Positions 28,741 through 38,537 of a DNA stretch of 64,000 bases are shown here, piece after piece; positions within the stretch are counted from its first letter, which is position 1, and each line of letters opens with the position of its first letter. Source of the DNA: Candidatus Latescibacterota bacterium. Its GTDB lineage: Bacteria; Latescibacterota; UBA2968; GCA-2709665. The stretch is taken from assembly GCA_963662665.2 (NCBI GenBank), contig CAXXJS010000028.1, forward strand, positions 159,432-223,431. The letters run 5' to 3'. Below the pieces are notes generated by a model. That model was given only the letters and a program-made list of their open reading frames with translations. It searched no databases and was not told the origin of the DNA. A program made the position numbers and the translations under genes.

Positions 28741-28795
28741 AGATCCTCCTTTCCCGACGCGTCATTAAACGCGCACTTATAATTCTCGTCATTCC
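28727..28795 (-). pseudogene. BrnT toxin C-terminal remnant
   Basis: Manual translation gives TRIISARLMTRRERRIYEQG*. The N-terminus is absent. Confidence 0.7.
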
Positions 28796-28799
28796 AGTT

Positions 28800-29624
28800 T
28801 TACCTGTCCGGTCTGTTGAGTTGTTTACCGAGTCGCTTTGCCAGCGCAGGGAACTCGCTGCCGAACAGGATGCAGCCTTTCCGAGTTACTGACTGCCCCG
28901 GTGCAATATCACCAAAAAGTGGCCTGCTATGCAGACAATGATGCCCGTCAGCGTTCTGCAAAGCCGAAGTCGCGCATTCATATCCCAACGCTACTGCCTT
29001 GGACCTGTCATGAGAAACGGCGCCCAGGATGGCCGGTCGATCTATGGCCGTGTTGCTTCTTCCCCAGAACCATGCTGACCTGTTGACCCATTCCTTTTCG
29101 TAGTCCATAAGGTCTGCATGATACGCGGTCCGAATTTCCATGGTTCTGTGAAGATCACCCATGCTTTCCGGCTTACCGTTCACCAGGATGCAGGATCGTT
29201 TGACTTCATCTTGATCCAGGAAATCAGATGACTTTGCCTGGAGACATCCGCCATCAGAAACGACGTCATAAAATCTCGCGGATGACTGATTCGTGAGGGT
29301 CAGCGTCAATTCTACACTATCCTCGAGTCCGGACAACGCTGCTCTGAGAACAAGACCCGTTATGAAGTTGTGTCGAATGACCCTCCCCGAGGGATCCTTT
29401 TGGCGGTATGCCAACTGCTCTTTGATGTACTCAGGCGTTGTCTGCCATTCGTATGCCCATGCATTGTCTCCCGTCCTGGTCCATTGAGGGCAGATCTTCT
29501 GCCACATCATCGTCACGCCATTCATCGACGTGATGACTTCCGGAAACTGGATGGACCACTTCAGATCCCAGTCCAGGTGATGAATATCAACGAATCGCGT
29601 TTGGGCAGGCTGCACCAGTATCAC
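28800..29624 (-). CDS. Hypothetical protein (beta-rich)
   Basis: 274-aa ORF with a purine-rich RBS, co-oriented with its neighbours. No family recognised. Confidence 0.7.
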   Translation of the reverse strand: MILVQPAQTRFVDIHHLDWDLKWSIQFPEVITSMNGVTMMWQKICPQWTRTGDNAWAYEWQTTPEYIKEQLAYRQKDPSGRVIRHNFITGLVLRAALSGLEDSVELTLTLTNQSSARFYDVVSDGGCLQAKSSDFLDQDEVKRSCILVNGKPESMGDLHRTMEIRTAYHADLMDYEKEWVNRSAWFWGRSNTAIDRPAILGAVSHDRSKAVALGYECATSALQNADGHHCLHSRPLFGDIAPGQSVTRKGCILFGSEFPALAKRLGKQLNRPDR

Positions 29625-29688
29625 TTTTCTTTTCCCCTCTGCATGAACAGCAACACAGAAATGTGAGTCAGGTGTAGTTATCGCTTAT

Positions 29689-30399
29689 TCAGGCTTGCAC
29701 TATTTGAACAGACTTGTACGTCAGTTCCCAGTGTTTCTCGCCCGGCCATTCCCGGTATTGGACGTCCGTTCCGAAGCCACTTAACGTGGCAGCGAGTTCC
29801 TGTTCGGTCGGGAAATTTTTTACGATGTCGTACTCCTGTCCATCCGAGAGAACCCGCCGCTCAATGGTATCGCCTTTGGAATCCTCGTGCCGTTGTGTGG
29901 CCATACCGTCAACTCTGGGAATATCATATTCGAGCTGGTCCGAATACAGCACCAGCGCTCCGGGAATCAGCCTTCGGTGAAGCGATTGCAGGAACTGCCG
30001 CACGCGGGTTCTTGGAACGTGCGACCACCACCAGACAGCGAACGCCGCGGTGAATGTACCGACCTTGGGGTCCAGGGAATACGCGTCAGCCAGACGGAAT
30101 TTCACATGCGGTAGATGTTCACATCTCGAGCGCGCACGCGAGATCATCTCCGGGTTGACGTCAACGCCAACAACCGACGTCGCGGTTTCCGCCAGGGCTT
30201 CCGTCCAGTATCCCGTCCCGCACGCAATCTCAAGGACATCATGGCCCTTGAACAGTTGCTGGTATCTCTTCTTTTTCGCAACACGGAATGGGTGCGCGTC
30301 GGGCGTCAGATATCCCGCGCTACGATCGTATTCCGGAGCGCGCGCAGCATAGTATCTGGCCGTTTCTTCGGATACCGCATCGTTGGAATGAGGCGTCAT
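29689..30399 (-). CDS. Class I SAM-dependent methyltransferase
   Basis: YYAARAPEYD, VLEIACGTGYWT, WWSHVP, IVKNFP. Confidence 0.9.
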   Translation of the reverse strand: MTPHSNDAVSEETARYYAARAPEYDRSAGYLTPDAHPFRVAKKKRYQQLFKGHDVLEIACGTGYWTEALAETATSVVGVDVNPEMISRARSRCEHLPHVKFRLADAYSLDPKVGTFTAAFAVWWWSHVPRTRVRQFLQSLHRRLIPGALVLYSDQLEYDIPRVDGMATQRHEDSKGDTIERRVLSDGQEYDIVKNFPTEQELAATLSGFGTDVQYREWPGEKHWELTYKSVQIVQA

Positions 30400-30473
30400 T
30401 TCGATAGTCCCTTTAAAATTTTCCGATGCTGCGGCAATTTCACGAGGGGTTTCTTCGAGCCTTCCCAAGGAAC

Positions 30474-31298
30474 TCAGACCATACCTACTCTCTTGAACAG
30501 GAACAGCGCCTCGACCGTAAAGGCCGCCCGGTGTTCCTCTCCATGATTGGTGATCCAACCCCCGTCATCGTGCTGATAGCCCTTTACCTTTTCCAGCGAT
30601 AAATCGAAAAGGTCTGCCGCAATTTCACCGGCAAGGTGGCTGGCATAGGCGATCGAGATCGTGTCTCCCGGGTCCGCCTTGTCCGCCGTTACCGCATCGT
30701 AGAGAACCTTCGTGCAGCCTCTGATAATTGCTTCATCGGCTTCGTCGCCGGTTCCAATCAGACTCAACAGCGGCATTGCCATCCAATGTGTGTGCTGGTA
30801 GACCGGAAATTTCTCGCCATCCCATGCCTGCCGGATAAACGCCACTGCTTTCGAAAAATCCACATGTCGTTCCAGGCCCGATTCTTTCAGTTTGCAGCAC
30901 AGTGCCGAAGTGAGCCACACCTGATTCTCGTGCCGCCCGGGCAGCATCCAGAAAGGCGGGTTGAAGTTGACGATCTCATCCGGTTCGTCCCAACTCCCGT
31001 CTTCGCGCTGGGTTTTCCGGAGGAACTCCAGGGTGTTCCGCAGAACCGGGCTGTTCCGGTCCCCGATCCAGTTCAACCACTGCAGGGCCACCCACGTCGC
31101 GCTGATGATTGACACGTCACCCTGGAAGTCCTTGTCGGTTCGCGTCCAGCCGCCATCATCTCTCTGGCAGGTCTCCAGGGAGTCGATCACGTCTTCCCGG
31201 CCGCAACTGCCGCTTGCAAAAAGGGCGAGACTTGAAAGAACGGGATCATTCGTGGCAAGAACGAAAGCGGTTGCCTTGTCCGGATCTACGGCGCCCAT
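30474..31298 (-). CDS. Prenyltransferase/squalene-oxidase-repeat protein
   Basis: QW-like repeats QRDDGGW, QREDGSW, QHDDGGW. Confidence 0.8.
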   Translation of the reverse strand: MGAVDPDKATAFVLATNDPVLSSLALFASGSCGREDVIDSLETCQRDDGGWTRTDKDFQGDVSIISATWVALQWLNWIGDRNSPVLRNTLEFLRKTQREDGSWDEPDEIVNFNPPFWMLPGRHENQVWLTSALCCKLKESGLERHVDFSKAVAFIRQAWDGEKFPVYQHTHWMAMPLLSLIGTGDEADEAIIRGCTKVLYDAVTADKADPGDTISIAYASHLAGEIAADLFDLSLEKVKGYQHDDGGWITNHGEEHRAAFTVEALFLFKRVGMV

Positions 31299-31326
31299 GT
31301 CTTCAACCTCATCGTAAGCACTTCCT

Positions 31327-31582
31327 GGCTTCGCTATGCTCAACCCCAACCAAACAGGTGGCAATTATAGGGCGAACCCGTTTGAAGGTTCAATCACTCC
31401 CCCCTTGAGGGGGAGTCGCAGAAGCCGAGTCCGTCCCCTGAGCCGCTGTCCTGAGCTTGTCGAAGGGTTGTCGAAGGGCCGGCGACGGCTGATGCGGTGG
31501 GAGGATTTCAGCGCCTTACCGTATGCAAGCAGCATGATTAAATATGCACACATCTTGCGTAGAAGTCTTACTGTAAGAAACT
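31327..31582 (-). mobile_element. ~255-bp MITE-like/REP composite, copy B (inverted relative to copy A)
   Basis: The reverse complement aligns with 18501-18756, including the nested repeat. Confidence 0.8.
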
Positions 31583-31689
31583 AAAGGAATCCCGCCCAAT
31601 AATATACTGTATTAAGTATATTATAATTAGCATATCAAATACACGAATCAATAGACTGATCTACTCATGAATTGTCAAGGTTCGCCGTC

Positions 31690-32097
31690 TTATTCGCAGT
31701 TCTGTCTCTCGAAATTTCGAACCACCATACCCACGCACTCCGAAAACTCCTGCTTGACGTAGAAATCGGCCACGTCCCGGTCGCACACAAGGTCGATCAT
31801 GTAGAGATGTCCAACCTGTTCGAGCATTCGCCGGACAAGCTCGGCGCCAATGCCCATCCCCTGGTAGTCGGGAAGTACGCTGAGGTGGGGAATATATGCG
31901 CAGGATACGCCGTCCGAGACGGCGGAAATCCAGCCGACGACCGCACCTTGCGTGGAAACTGCCAGAACAAGGTAATCGCTGCCCTGAATAATCCTGAAAT
32001 GTGCATCCGGGGAGGGTGGATTGGGTCAACCCATGAAGTGACCCTTGAGATTTTCGGGCCGGATTCCTTCAAGCGTATTCTGATATCTGATTGACAT
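31690..32097 (-). pseudogene. GNAT N-acetyltransferase with in-frame TGA at codon 24
   Basis: Manual translation MSIRYQ...HFMG*PNPPSP...AVSDGVSCAYIPHLSVLPDYQGMGIGAELVRRML...FY. Not in the ORF track. Confidence 0.85.
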
Positions 32098-32183
32098 CGC
32101 GTCACGTGTGCCCATGAGATTCTTCCCGCATCATGTTTCCTGACGTCTTCACCGTTCCCGAGTACTTTCTCCCTGACGCATGA

Positions 32184-32981
32184 TCAGGCACCTGTCGTGG
32201 CGGGTCTCGCGGCGACGACTACAAGCCGATCGGATTCCCTGCCGTATTCCTCCCCTTCAAAACTCCCGCATAGGTTCACGCCCCGAAAGCCGGCGGCAAG
32301 CAATCTGTCCTTCAACTCCTGGCCGGAATAGACGGTGTGGTGAAATTTGAAGGTGCGGACCTCCGCCCCCTTGATGATGATCCATTCATTCCTGATGCGG
32401 GACCATTCGTCGAAAATTTCGTGGCGCTGAATCAGCAGGGTGCCGTCTTCAAGCTTCTCGGAGGCCGTCGGCTGGAAGATGCGCGCCAGCTTCTCCTTGC
32501 CCATGAGGTCCATCACGAGACGTCCGCCGGGCTTCAGGCTGGCAAAGATCTTTCGCAGCACCCTGACGTCCTCGTCTTTGGCATCGAAGTACCCAAAGGA
32601 AGTGTTGAGGTTGAGGACAAGGTCGAAGGCCTCCGGCCGCTCAAATTCACGCATGTCACTCTCGACCCATTCGATTTCCAGATTCCTTTGCGCCGCCCTC
32701 TGTCGACCGTCGCCCAGCAGAAACGGGCTCCTGTCCACCGCCGTGACCCGAAACCCGCGCTGCGCCAGGGGAATCGCAAAACGGCCCGGGCCGCAACACA
32801 GGTCGAGGACCGCCCCTGAGTCCAGGCCGACCAGATCGAGGATGTTTTCGAGGTGCTCCCCGGCGGCCTCAAACCTTGCCTTCGAGAAAAGATACGGATA
32901 GATCGCAGTCCAGAAGGACTCGTCTTCAAACCACTCCAATTGACTCACCTCGTGTTCTCCTCTCCGCCCTATATACGACAT
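32184..32981 (-). CDS. Class I SAM-dependent methyltransferase
   Basis: VLDLCCGPGRF, SDMR, TSFGYF, LKPGG. Confidence 0.92.
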   Translation of the reverse strand: MSYIGRRGEHEVSQLEWFEDESFWTAIYPYLFSKARFEAAGEHLENILDLVGLDSGAVLDLCCGPGRFAIPLAQRGFRVTAVDRSPFLLGDGRQRAAQRNLEIEWVESDMREFERPEAFDLVLNLNTSFGYFDAKDEDVRVLRKIFASLKPGGRLVMDLMGKEKLARIFQPTASEKLEDGTLLIQRHEIFDEWSRIRNEWIIIKGAEVRTFKFHHTVYSGQELKDRLLAAGFRGVNLCGSFEGEEYGRESDRLVVVAARPATTGA

Positions 32982-33003
32982 TAATCTCGGAGGGGGAGTT
33001 GTC

Positions 33004-33108
33004 TCACTCTATATTGGCACGTCGTGTGCCCTGGCGTGCCACGCGCAAACCAGCTTTCTCCAATGCGCGCACGGCATCCAGATGGTTAATACCCGGTAGT
33101 TTCGGCAT
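33004..33108 (-). pseudogene. Truncated HicA toxin
   Basis: MPKLPGINHLDAVRALEKAGLRVARQG then an early stop (34 aa). The catalytic His region is missing. Confidence 0.7.
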
Positions 33109-33109
33109 C

Positions 33110-33307
33110 CTATACCGTCAACTCAATCTCTCGTACTTCTACGTTATCCAATAGATCGTCAACGACTTCAAGATACTCGCGAATTGCCGTCTCGATGTTT
33201 GCAATTGCTTCATCTTCGGTGGCTCCTTGCGACCAACAACCTGGCAAGCCAGGTACCGAGGCACTATAGCCTTCTTCGGATCTCTGAAGTGCAATCTTAT
33301 ACCTCAT
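33110..33307 (-). CDS. HicB-family antitoxin
   Basis: GYSASVPGLPGCWSQGATEDEAIANIETAIREYL. Confidence 0.9.
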   Translation of the reverse strand: MRYKIALQRSEEGYSASVPGLPGCWSQGATEDEAIANIETAIREYLEVVDDLLDNVEVREIELTV

Positions 33308-33522
33308 GAATCCTCCTTGCGGTTTACCCCAATTCAAAAAAAGCAACTCGGCGACGCGACGAAAACCCTTGAAACGGGGCGTAACGGTCGTCAAAAGGGA
33401 CATTTTTTCAATTCACGTCCAGTGACCTGGTGTATCCTGGTCATCAGAACTCTTTAAACAACCTCCTGCGGGCTGTCCGCCGGCCACCGGTTCATGGCGG
33501 ACGCCTACGCGCCGAGCCGTTC

Positions 33523-35247
33523 CTAACCTTGCGACCTCGCGCCTGCCTGCCGAAGCATCTCCGCGATTTCCCGATGTCCGCGTTTTTCAGCCCAACTCAA
33601 TGGCGCAGCCCAGGCCGGTGTGTCGGGAATATTCGCAGAAGCCCCATGTTCAAGCAAGAAAGCAACCACGTCTTTGTGGCCCGCGCGGACATGCCAGCCC
33701 AGTGGCGTCGAACACAGTTCGTCATCCTGAACATTCAAATCAGCTTTATAATCGAGCAATACTTCCGCCATCTCAATCATCACGGCTTCACTATTGTTCC
33801 ATACGTCCTCACGTTCACGATAGCTTCCTCCGATCCAATGCAGTAGGGTTGAGTTTTCCGGCCCCCGGACGTTAACGTCAACCCCATTATCCAGAATCAT
33901 CCGTACGGTCTCCCCGGCGCCGCTTTGCAGCCCCCAGCGCAAACACTCAAACCAAAAATCCGCATCAAAATCGGGATCGCAACGCAAGCACATTTTTACG
34001 ACGTTGACGTCTCCAAAGCTCAATCCCGAACGCATGGTTTGACGAACCACGCCTTCACTGCGATCTTGAGGCAGATAGCCAGCTTCTCGAACGGCCGTGG
34101 CACGATCCAGTAACTCACCAATCACGCAATATTGTCTTGCCTTCACGTAGGTCCACATCATCGGGCGCCCGCCATTTACATAGACGCGATCCGCCAGGAC
34201 CTGGTTGCCCGAAAGCAACGCCTCGTCTGCTACGCCCAGTTCCGAATCATTCGGGGGTGCATCTGTGCGGGCGCCGCGATCCATTAACCGTTCGGCCACG
34301 TCAAAGTGTTTGCGTTCCAGTGCATAAATCAACGCGCCGGAAATATGTGCCACCGTACCATTGCGTTCACATTTCGTATCCACGTCAGCGCCGGAATCCA
34401 GGAGCAGGTCCACAACCTCCAGGTGCCCCTCGCGGGCGGCCATCGCCAGGGGATAGGTCGATGCATTCTTGTTATTCACGCGGCCGCACTGATAATTCGC
34501 CAGGCCGGGGTCCGCTTCCAGCATCTTCCTGACGCCTTCCACGTCACCAAGAGCACTGGCTACCCAGATGTCGTAATCTGCCGCATGTTCAAGCAACAAT
34601 TCAGCGATCTCTCGATACGCCGGTTTTTTACGGCCGGGGTCATTACCTCTAAATAAAGCGCGGTGGATGGGCAATTCATTTTCGGCATTCCTGATAGTTA
34701 CGTCGGCGCCAGCCGTGAGCAAGTCCGTCACAAGATCAAACTGCATGTGTGACACCGCATAGTGAAGCGCCGTATTACCGGATGTATCGCTTTCGTTAAT
34801 GACTGCCGGTTCCCTGTCCAACATGAAGCGCACTTTCTCGAACTCCCGCATCCTCGCCGCATCACAGAATTCCACCCCGCGAGACGTTGTCCCATGTTCT
34901 GTGTTCATCCACGCTTCCATTAACGCGACGACCTCGGTATGCCCCCGCTCCCGCGCCAATGTCAATGGTTGCGACGCCTCCCGGTTGGGCCAGATCCCAA
35001 CGGCCGGGCTGGCTCCCGCCTCAAGCAGTATCTTCACGACTTCGGCATGGCCTTCGCGAGCGGCATAATGAATGGGGCGCCGTCCGTGTTGCGGATGGTT
35101 TTTGGCAGTTGCCAGATCCGGATTCTTCTTCAATAGCATCTCTACCCGTTCCACGTCTCCAGCTTGCGCGGCGTTGCACGTGCGGATCGCATCCGCAAAC
35201 CCATCGTCTCCTGAAGGGACTTCATCTCGAAAGGTCTTCTTTGCCAT
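33523..35247 (-). CDS. Ankyrin-repeat protein
   Basis: Many G-x-(T/R)-(P/A)LH...G...VV..LL..GA repeats. Confidence 0.93.
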   Translation of the reverse strand: MAKKTFRDEVPSGDDGFADAIRTCNAAQAGDVERVEMLLKKNPDLATAKNHPQHGRRPIHYAAREGHAEVVKILLEAGASPAVGIWPNREASQPLTLARERGHTEVVALMEAWMNTEHGTTSRGVEFCDAARMREFEKVRFMLDREPAVINESDTSGNTALHYAVSHMQFDLVTDLLTAGADVTIRNAENELPIHRALFRGNDPGRKKPAYREIAELLLEHAADYDIWVASALGDVEGVRKMLEADPGLANYQCGRVNNKNASTYPLAMAAREGHLEVVDLLLDSGADVDTKCERNGTVAHISGALIYALERKHFDVAERLMDRGARTDAPPNDSELGVADEALLSGNQVLADRVYVNGGRPMMWTYVKARQYCVIGELLDRATAVREAGYLPQDRSEGVVRQTMRSGLSFGDVNVVKMCLRCDPDFDADFWFECLRWGLQSGAGETVRMILDNGVDVNVRGPENSTLLHWIGGSYREREDVWNNSEAVMIEMAEVLLDYKADLNVQDDELCSTPLGWHVRAGHKDVVAFLLEHGASANIPDTPAWAAPLSWAEKRGHREIAEMLRQAGARSQG

Positions 35248-35306
35248 TACAGGAAACCTTCTTTACCGATAATTCCGCGCTCAACGCCGTCGCTTGTTTG
35301 AGGACA

Positions 35307-36152
35307 CTAATCGGCCACAAAGTGCCGGAAGAGCGGCTTCACTTCCTCCGGAAGCCCTTCGTACACGTCGCGGCGCAGGGGCTCCATCTCGTAGTTCTTA
35401 CCGCCGGTCTCCACCACCATCATCTCGTGCTCCGGCGTGCCCACGTGCGTTGGATTCAGGTTCAACCACCAGGGGGCGTAGCGTACGATCAGGGCTACCC
35501 GGGGGCTGCCGCTCCGATTGGGGGCAACCGCGTGCCACTGCCGGCTGTCGTAGAGCAGCACCGATCCCGCCCTGCCCTGCGCGTTGATCTCGTCCGGCCG
35601 GGGCGCCTCGTTGTTGAAGCCGGGGAGGTCTCCCGCGGCCGGATTGCGGTCCTTCCGGTGCGTACCCGGCAACAGCAGCGTCCCTCCGTTGGCGGCGGAG
35701 AACTCGGTAAGCATCCACAGCGACGACGCGTGCATCATCGCGTCCGGGTAGGGGGCCGGGACATTGGAGGCGTTCGTCTGGTTGAACGGCCAGTCAGCGT
35801 GCCAGTAGCCGCGCTCGTTCCCCGGCTGGTTCACCACGGCGTCGGTGCAGGAGATCCGCACCCAGGGACCGAAGAAGATCTCGAGGGCCCCGACGATCCG
35901 CCGGTCGGCCAGGTACGGCGCGAACGACTGATCGTGGTTGATCGCCTGCTTGAGCACGCCCACGCCGCGGGCGCCCACGCGGTGGCCCCTGGCACGAGTC
36001 GCCCTTTCCCTGGCCTGGTGGGCGGCTTCGGTGGCGGCCTGAGCCCGCACAACGCGATTGCGGATCCCGTCCACTTTCCCTGAGGGGATGACGTCCTCCA
36101 CGATGCAGAAGCCGTTTTCCCTGATATGGTGCGCTATTTCAGCCGGTTCCAT
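35307..36152 (-). CDS. PhyH-family Fe(II)/2OG dioxygenase
   Basis: WHADW, NGGTLLLPGTH, DSRQWH...N...R. Confidence 0.9.
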   Translation of the reverse strand: MEPAEIAHHIRENGFCIVEDVIPSGKVDGIRNRVVRAQAATEAAHQARERATRARGHRVGARGVGVLKQAINHDQSFAPYLADRRIVGALEIFFGPWVRISCTDAVVNQPGNERGYWHADWPFNQTNASNVPAPYPDAMMHASSLWMLTEFSAANGGTLLLPGTHRKDRNPAAGDLPGFNNEAPRPDEINAQGRAGSVLLYDSRQWHAVAPNRSGSPRVALIVRYAPWWLNLNPTHVGTPEHEMMVVETGGKNYEMEPLRRDVYEGLPEEVKPLFRHFVAD

Positions 36153-36291
36153 GTCGTTGTCCTTTGCCCGGGCGCCGGTTCGGTTGTCCGGGCCGGAAGG
36201 CATGGCAGGGAGCAGTTCCCTGGCAAGGTGGACGGTCAGGAGTGACAATCATCGGTACGTCCCGGATCGCCCCTGTCCCCCTGCATACGTG

Positions 36292-37362
36292 CTAACCGTA
36301 CACCGCCTGGATCATGGCATTGATGTAGCCGAAGCAGTAAGCGTAGGACTGGTAGGAGCGGTTCGGGTCGTCGTCGGTCCAAGGGACGTGATCGGGATCG
36401 ATGCCGTAACAATAGCCCGTGTCCTTCAGCGCCCTCAAGACGAGGTGGAAGTCCATGTCGCCTTCATCGGGGAGAGACTCGCGGAAACTGTACTGCCCCC
36501 CTATGATGTTGCGATAGTGGACCAGGAAGATCGTATCCCGGCTGCCGAAATATTCGATGATGGGATAGATTTCAGCGGCCGGATCTTTCAGCCCTTCTGC
36601 GACGGAGCCCACGCAGAAGTTCCAGCCGTGATACGGACTGCGCTGAATCTCGATGAAACGCTTCATGCCCTCAAAGTCATTGAGGACTTTGTCAACGCCC
36701 CGGTAGCCGGGGGGTGTGGCGGGGTCCTCCTGGGAATTGCCCATTCGAACCTTGTATTCTTCCGCCACCGGAATCATGCGCTCCAGAAGATACGCGATGC
36801 GTTCCCAGTGCATCTCCGCGGTGACGCGCCCGGCTTCGGTCAGTTCGGCCTGTTTTTCGGCAGCGATCTTTTCCACGCGGAACGCGGTGTGGAAGAAGCC
36901 GCCCCGGCCTTCTTCCGGTTCGGTACGGTCGATGGGCAGCACGCAGGTGTTGTATCGCAGGGAGTCGATGCCGGCGCGCGATGCGGTCCGGATCATCTCG
37001 CATACGATGTCGATCTCCCTGTCGCGCTCCGGGCTCTTGCCATAATAGATGATGTTGGGAAAACGCTCGTATATGGGCAGCGAACTCATATCCAGCGTTA
37101 TTCCGAAGGACTCGTGTCGCTCCCGTACCTGGACCAACTCGTCGAGGTCCCATCCGCGGCCTGGATGAAACGGAAAGACAACGGCCTTGTGACGCACGCC
37201 GCACCGCTCCAGAAACCGCAATTCGGCATCGGTGGACCCGAAACTCTGCGTGCGCACGTACATGCGACCGCCGTTCGACGATGATTGTGACCCGCCTCCT
37301 GCGGCGGAAGCGGCCGCCTCACCGGCTGCGAGGCCCTGTTCAAATGGATCGGATTTCGTCAT
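36292..37362 (-). CDS. Mannonate dehydratase (UxuA)-like protein
   Basis: SPYHGWNFCVG, VHYRNI, FRESLPDEGDMD, PDHVP, GYINAM. Confidence 0.8.
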   Translation of the reverse strand: MTKSDPFEQGLAAGEAAASAAGGGSQSSSNGGRMYVRTQSFGSTDAELRFLERCGVRHKAVVFPFHPGRGWDLDELVQVRERHESFGITLDMSSLPIYERFPNIIYYGKSPERDREIDIVCEMIRTASRAGIDSLRYNTCVLPIDRTEPEEGRGGFFHTAFRVEKIAAEKQAELTEAGRVTAEMHWERIAYLLERMIPVAEEYKVRMGNSQEDPATPPGYRGVDKVLNDFEGMKRFIEIQRSPYHGWNFCVGSVAEGLKDPAAEIYPIIEYFGSRDTIFLVHYRNIIGGQYSFRESLPDEGDMDFHLVLRALKDTGYCYGIDPDHVPWTDDDPNRSYQSYAYCFGYINAMIQAVYG

Positions 37363-37492
37363 GTGGTTCCTTTCGTTGGTGTGGCGCCCCTCGGCGCGGA
37401 TATCGAGAAGGGACGTCGCAAGGCAATTTCGTTATCCGGCGGAGCGGGGTGATCTTCTTCCGTCTCCCGGCTTACGTCTTCCCGTTCTTGTG

Positions 37493-38317
37493 CTATCCGT
37501 ACGCCCCTTTTTCGTGCCGGCCCAGGAGCCGTTGGAGTCGGGGGCCGGCGTCTTCCCAGACGTAGTCGGGCATGCGGTAATCGATGAACGGATAGAGGCG
37601 CTGGGCGATCATCCGCTGGCTGTAGACGATTGAGCCTACGTAACGCACCTGGTCCGAGTTGTTCCGCGAACCGCGGTGCCAGACCTGGTTGTGGAACATG
37701 TATATATCGCCGGGTTTCGCCACCAGGGATACCGGCTTCCGACCTTCGAAGGTCGGATTCTCGCGGTCATTCGGGTTTCTGCCGGCGAAGTGGCTGCCCG
37801 GGATGACCTGGGTGACGCCGTATTCGATGGAATCGGCCCTGCTGAGCGGGATCATCACATTTATCACGAAGCAGGGGATTGGGACATCCGGATTGTGGCG
37901 CGGGACGCCATCGGGCAGCGGGAAGTGGATCCTGTCGTCCAGGTGCCATCCGCCGCCCTGACCGGGTTCGTAACGCAAGGCGTTCTGGGACATCATGTGG
38001 CAGTCCTCGCCGAGGATGGCTTCCACCAGGCTCACGATGGGCTCGCGTTCGATCAGGTCCCGGAAATTGCGGTCGTATTCGTACATGCGCATCATGCTGA
38101 TGCCGCGAATGTGATCGCCGGCTTCGTCCCCCTGAATCCGGGGGTCGTCCCACTTGCGCTCCATGCCCTCCCTCAGCGCCTCCACCTCCTCGGGATTGAG
38201 CACATTCTCCATGAAATAATACCCGTCGCGGTTGAACCGTTCCACGATCTTCCAGGTTGTTTCTTCGTCGTAGGCCTGCGCGTTTTTCGCGATGACGCTG
38301 TTGGCGGACGTTGACAT
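37493..38317 (-). CDS. PhyH-family dioxygenase
   Basis: FNRDGY, WHLDD, VIPGSH, VWHRGSRNNS...R. Confidence 0.9.
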   Translation of the reverse strand: MSTSANSVIAKNAQAYDEETTWKIVERFNRDGYYFMENVLNPEEVEALREGMERKWDDPRIQGDEAGDHIRGISMMRMYEYDRNFRDLIEREPIVSLVEAILGEDCHMMSQNALRYEPGQGGGWHLDDRIHFPLPDGVPRHNPDVPIPCFVINVMIPLSRADSIEYGVTQVIPGSHFAGRNPNDRENPTFEGRKPVSLVAKPGDIYMFHNQVWHRGSRNNSDQVRYVGSIVYSQRMIAQRLYPFIDYRMPDYVWEDAGPRLQRLLGRHEKGAYG

Positions 38318-38537
38318 TGGGACCTCCATTATCGGATTGCGGTTTCCGGAATATAGAAATGGACCCGGGCGGACACAATGGAATTGAATGGAGGCGCACA
38401 ACGCCTTTTTCTTTGACTTCCGGGGGAAACTGTGCCATCATGGCACCATCGAGGTTCGCTGTGGTGTCGTGGTGGATTATGTGCGGCAAGCGGGCCGGTC
38501 CGCGCCATCCGGATCCACAAATCAGTTGGAGGAATCC

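Noticed and set aside
32026-32028. Selenocysteine or alternative genetic code at the in-frame TGA
   Set aside because: The context suggests Trp rather than Cys, and TGA is the normal stop in many genes of this window.
34887-37284. Long + strand ORFs (398 aa, 408 aa)
   Set aside because: Antisense shadows of the ankyrin, PhyH and UxuA-like genes in GC-rich DNA. The same applies to 45635-46714, 54502-55590, 57146-58204 and 62886-63815.
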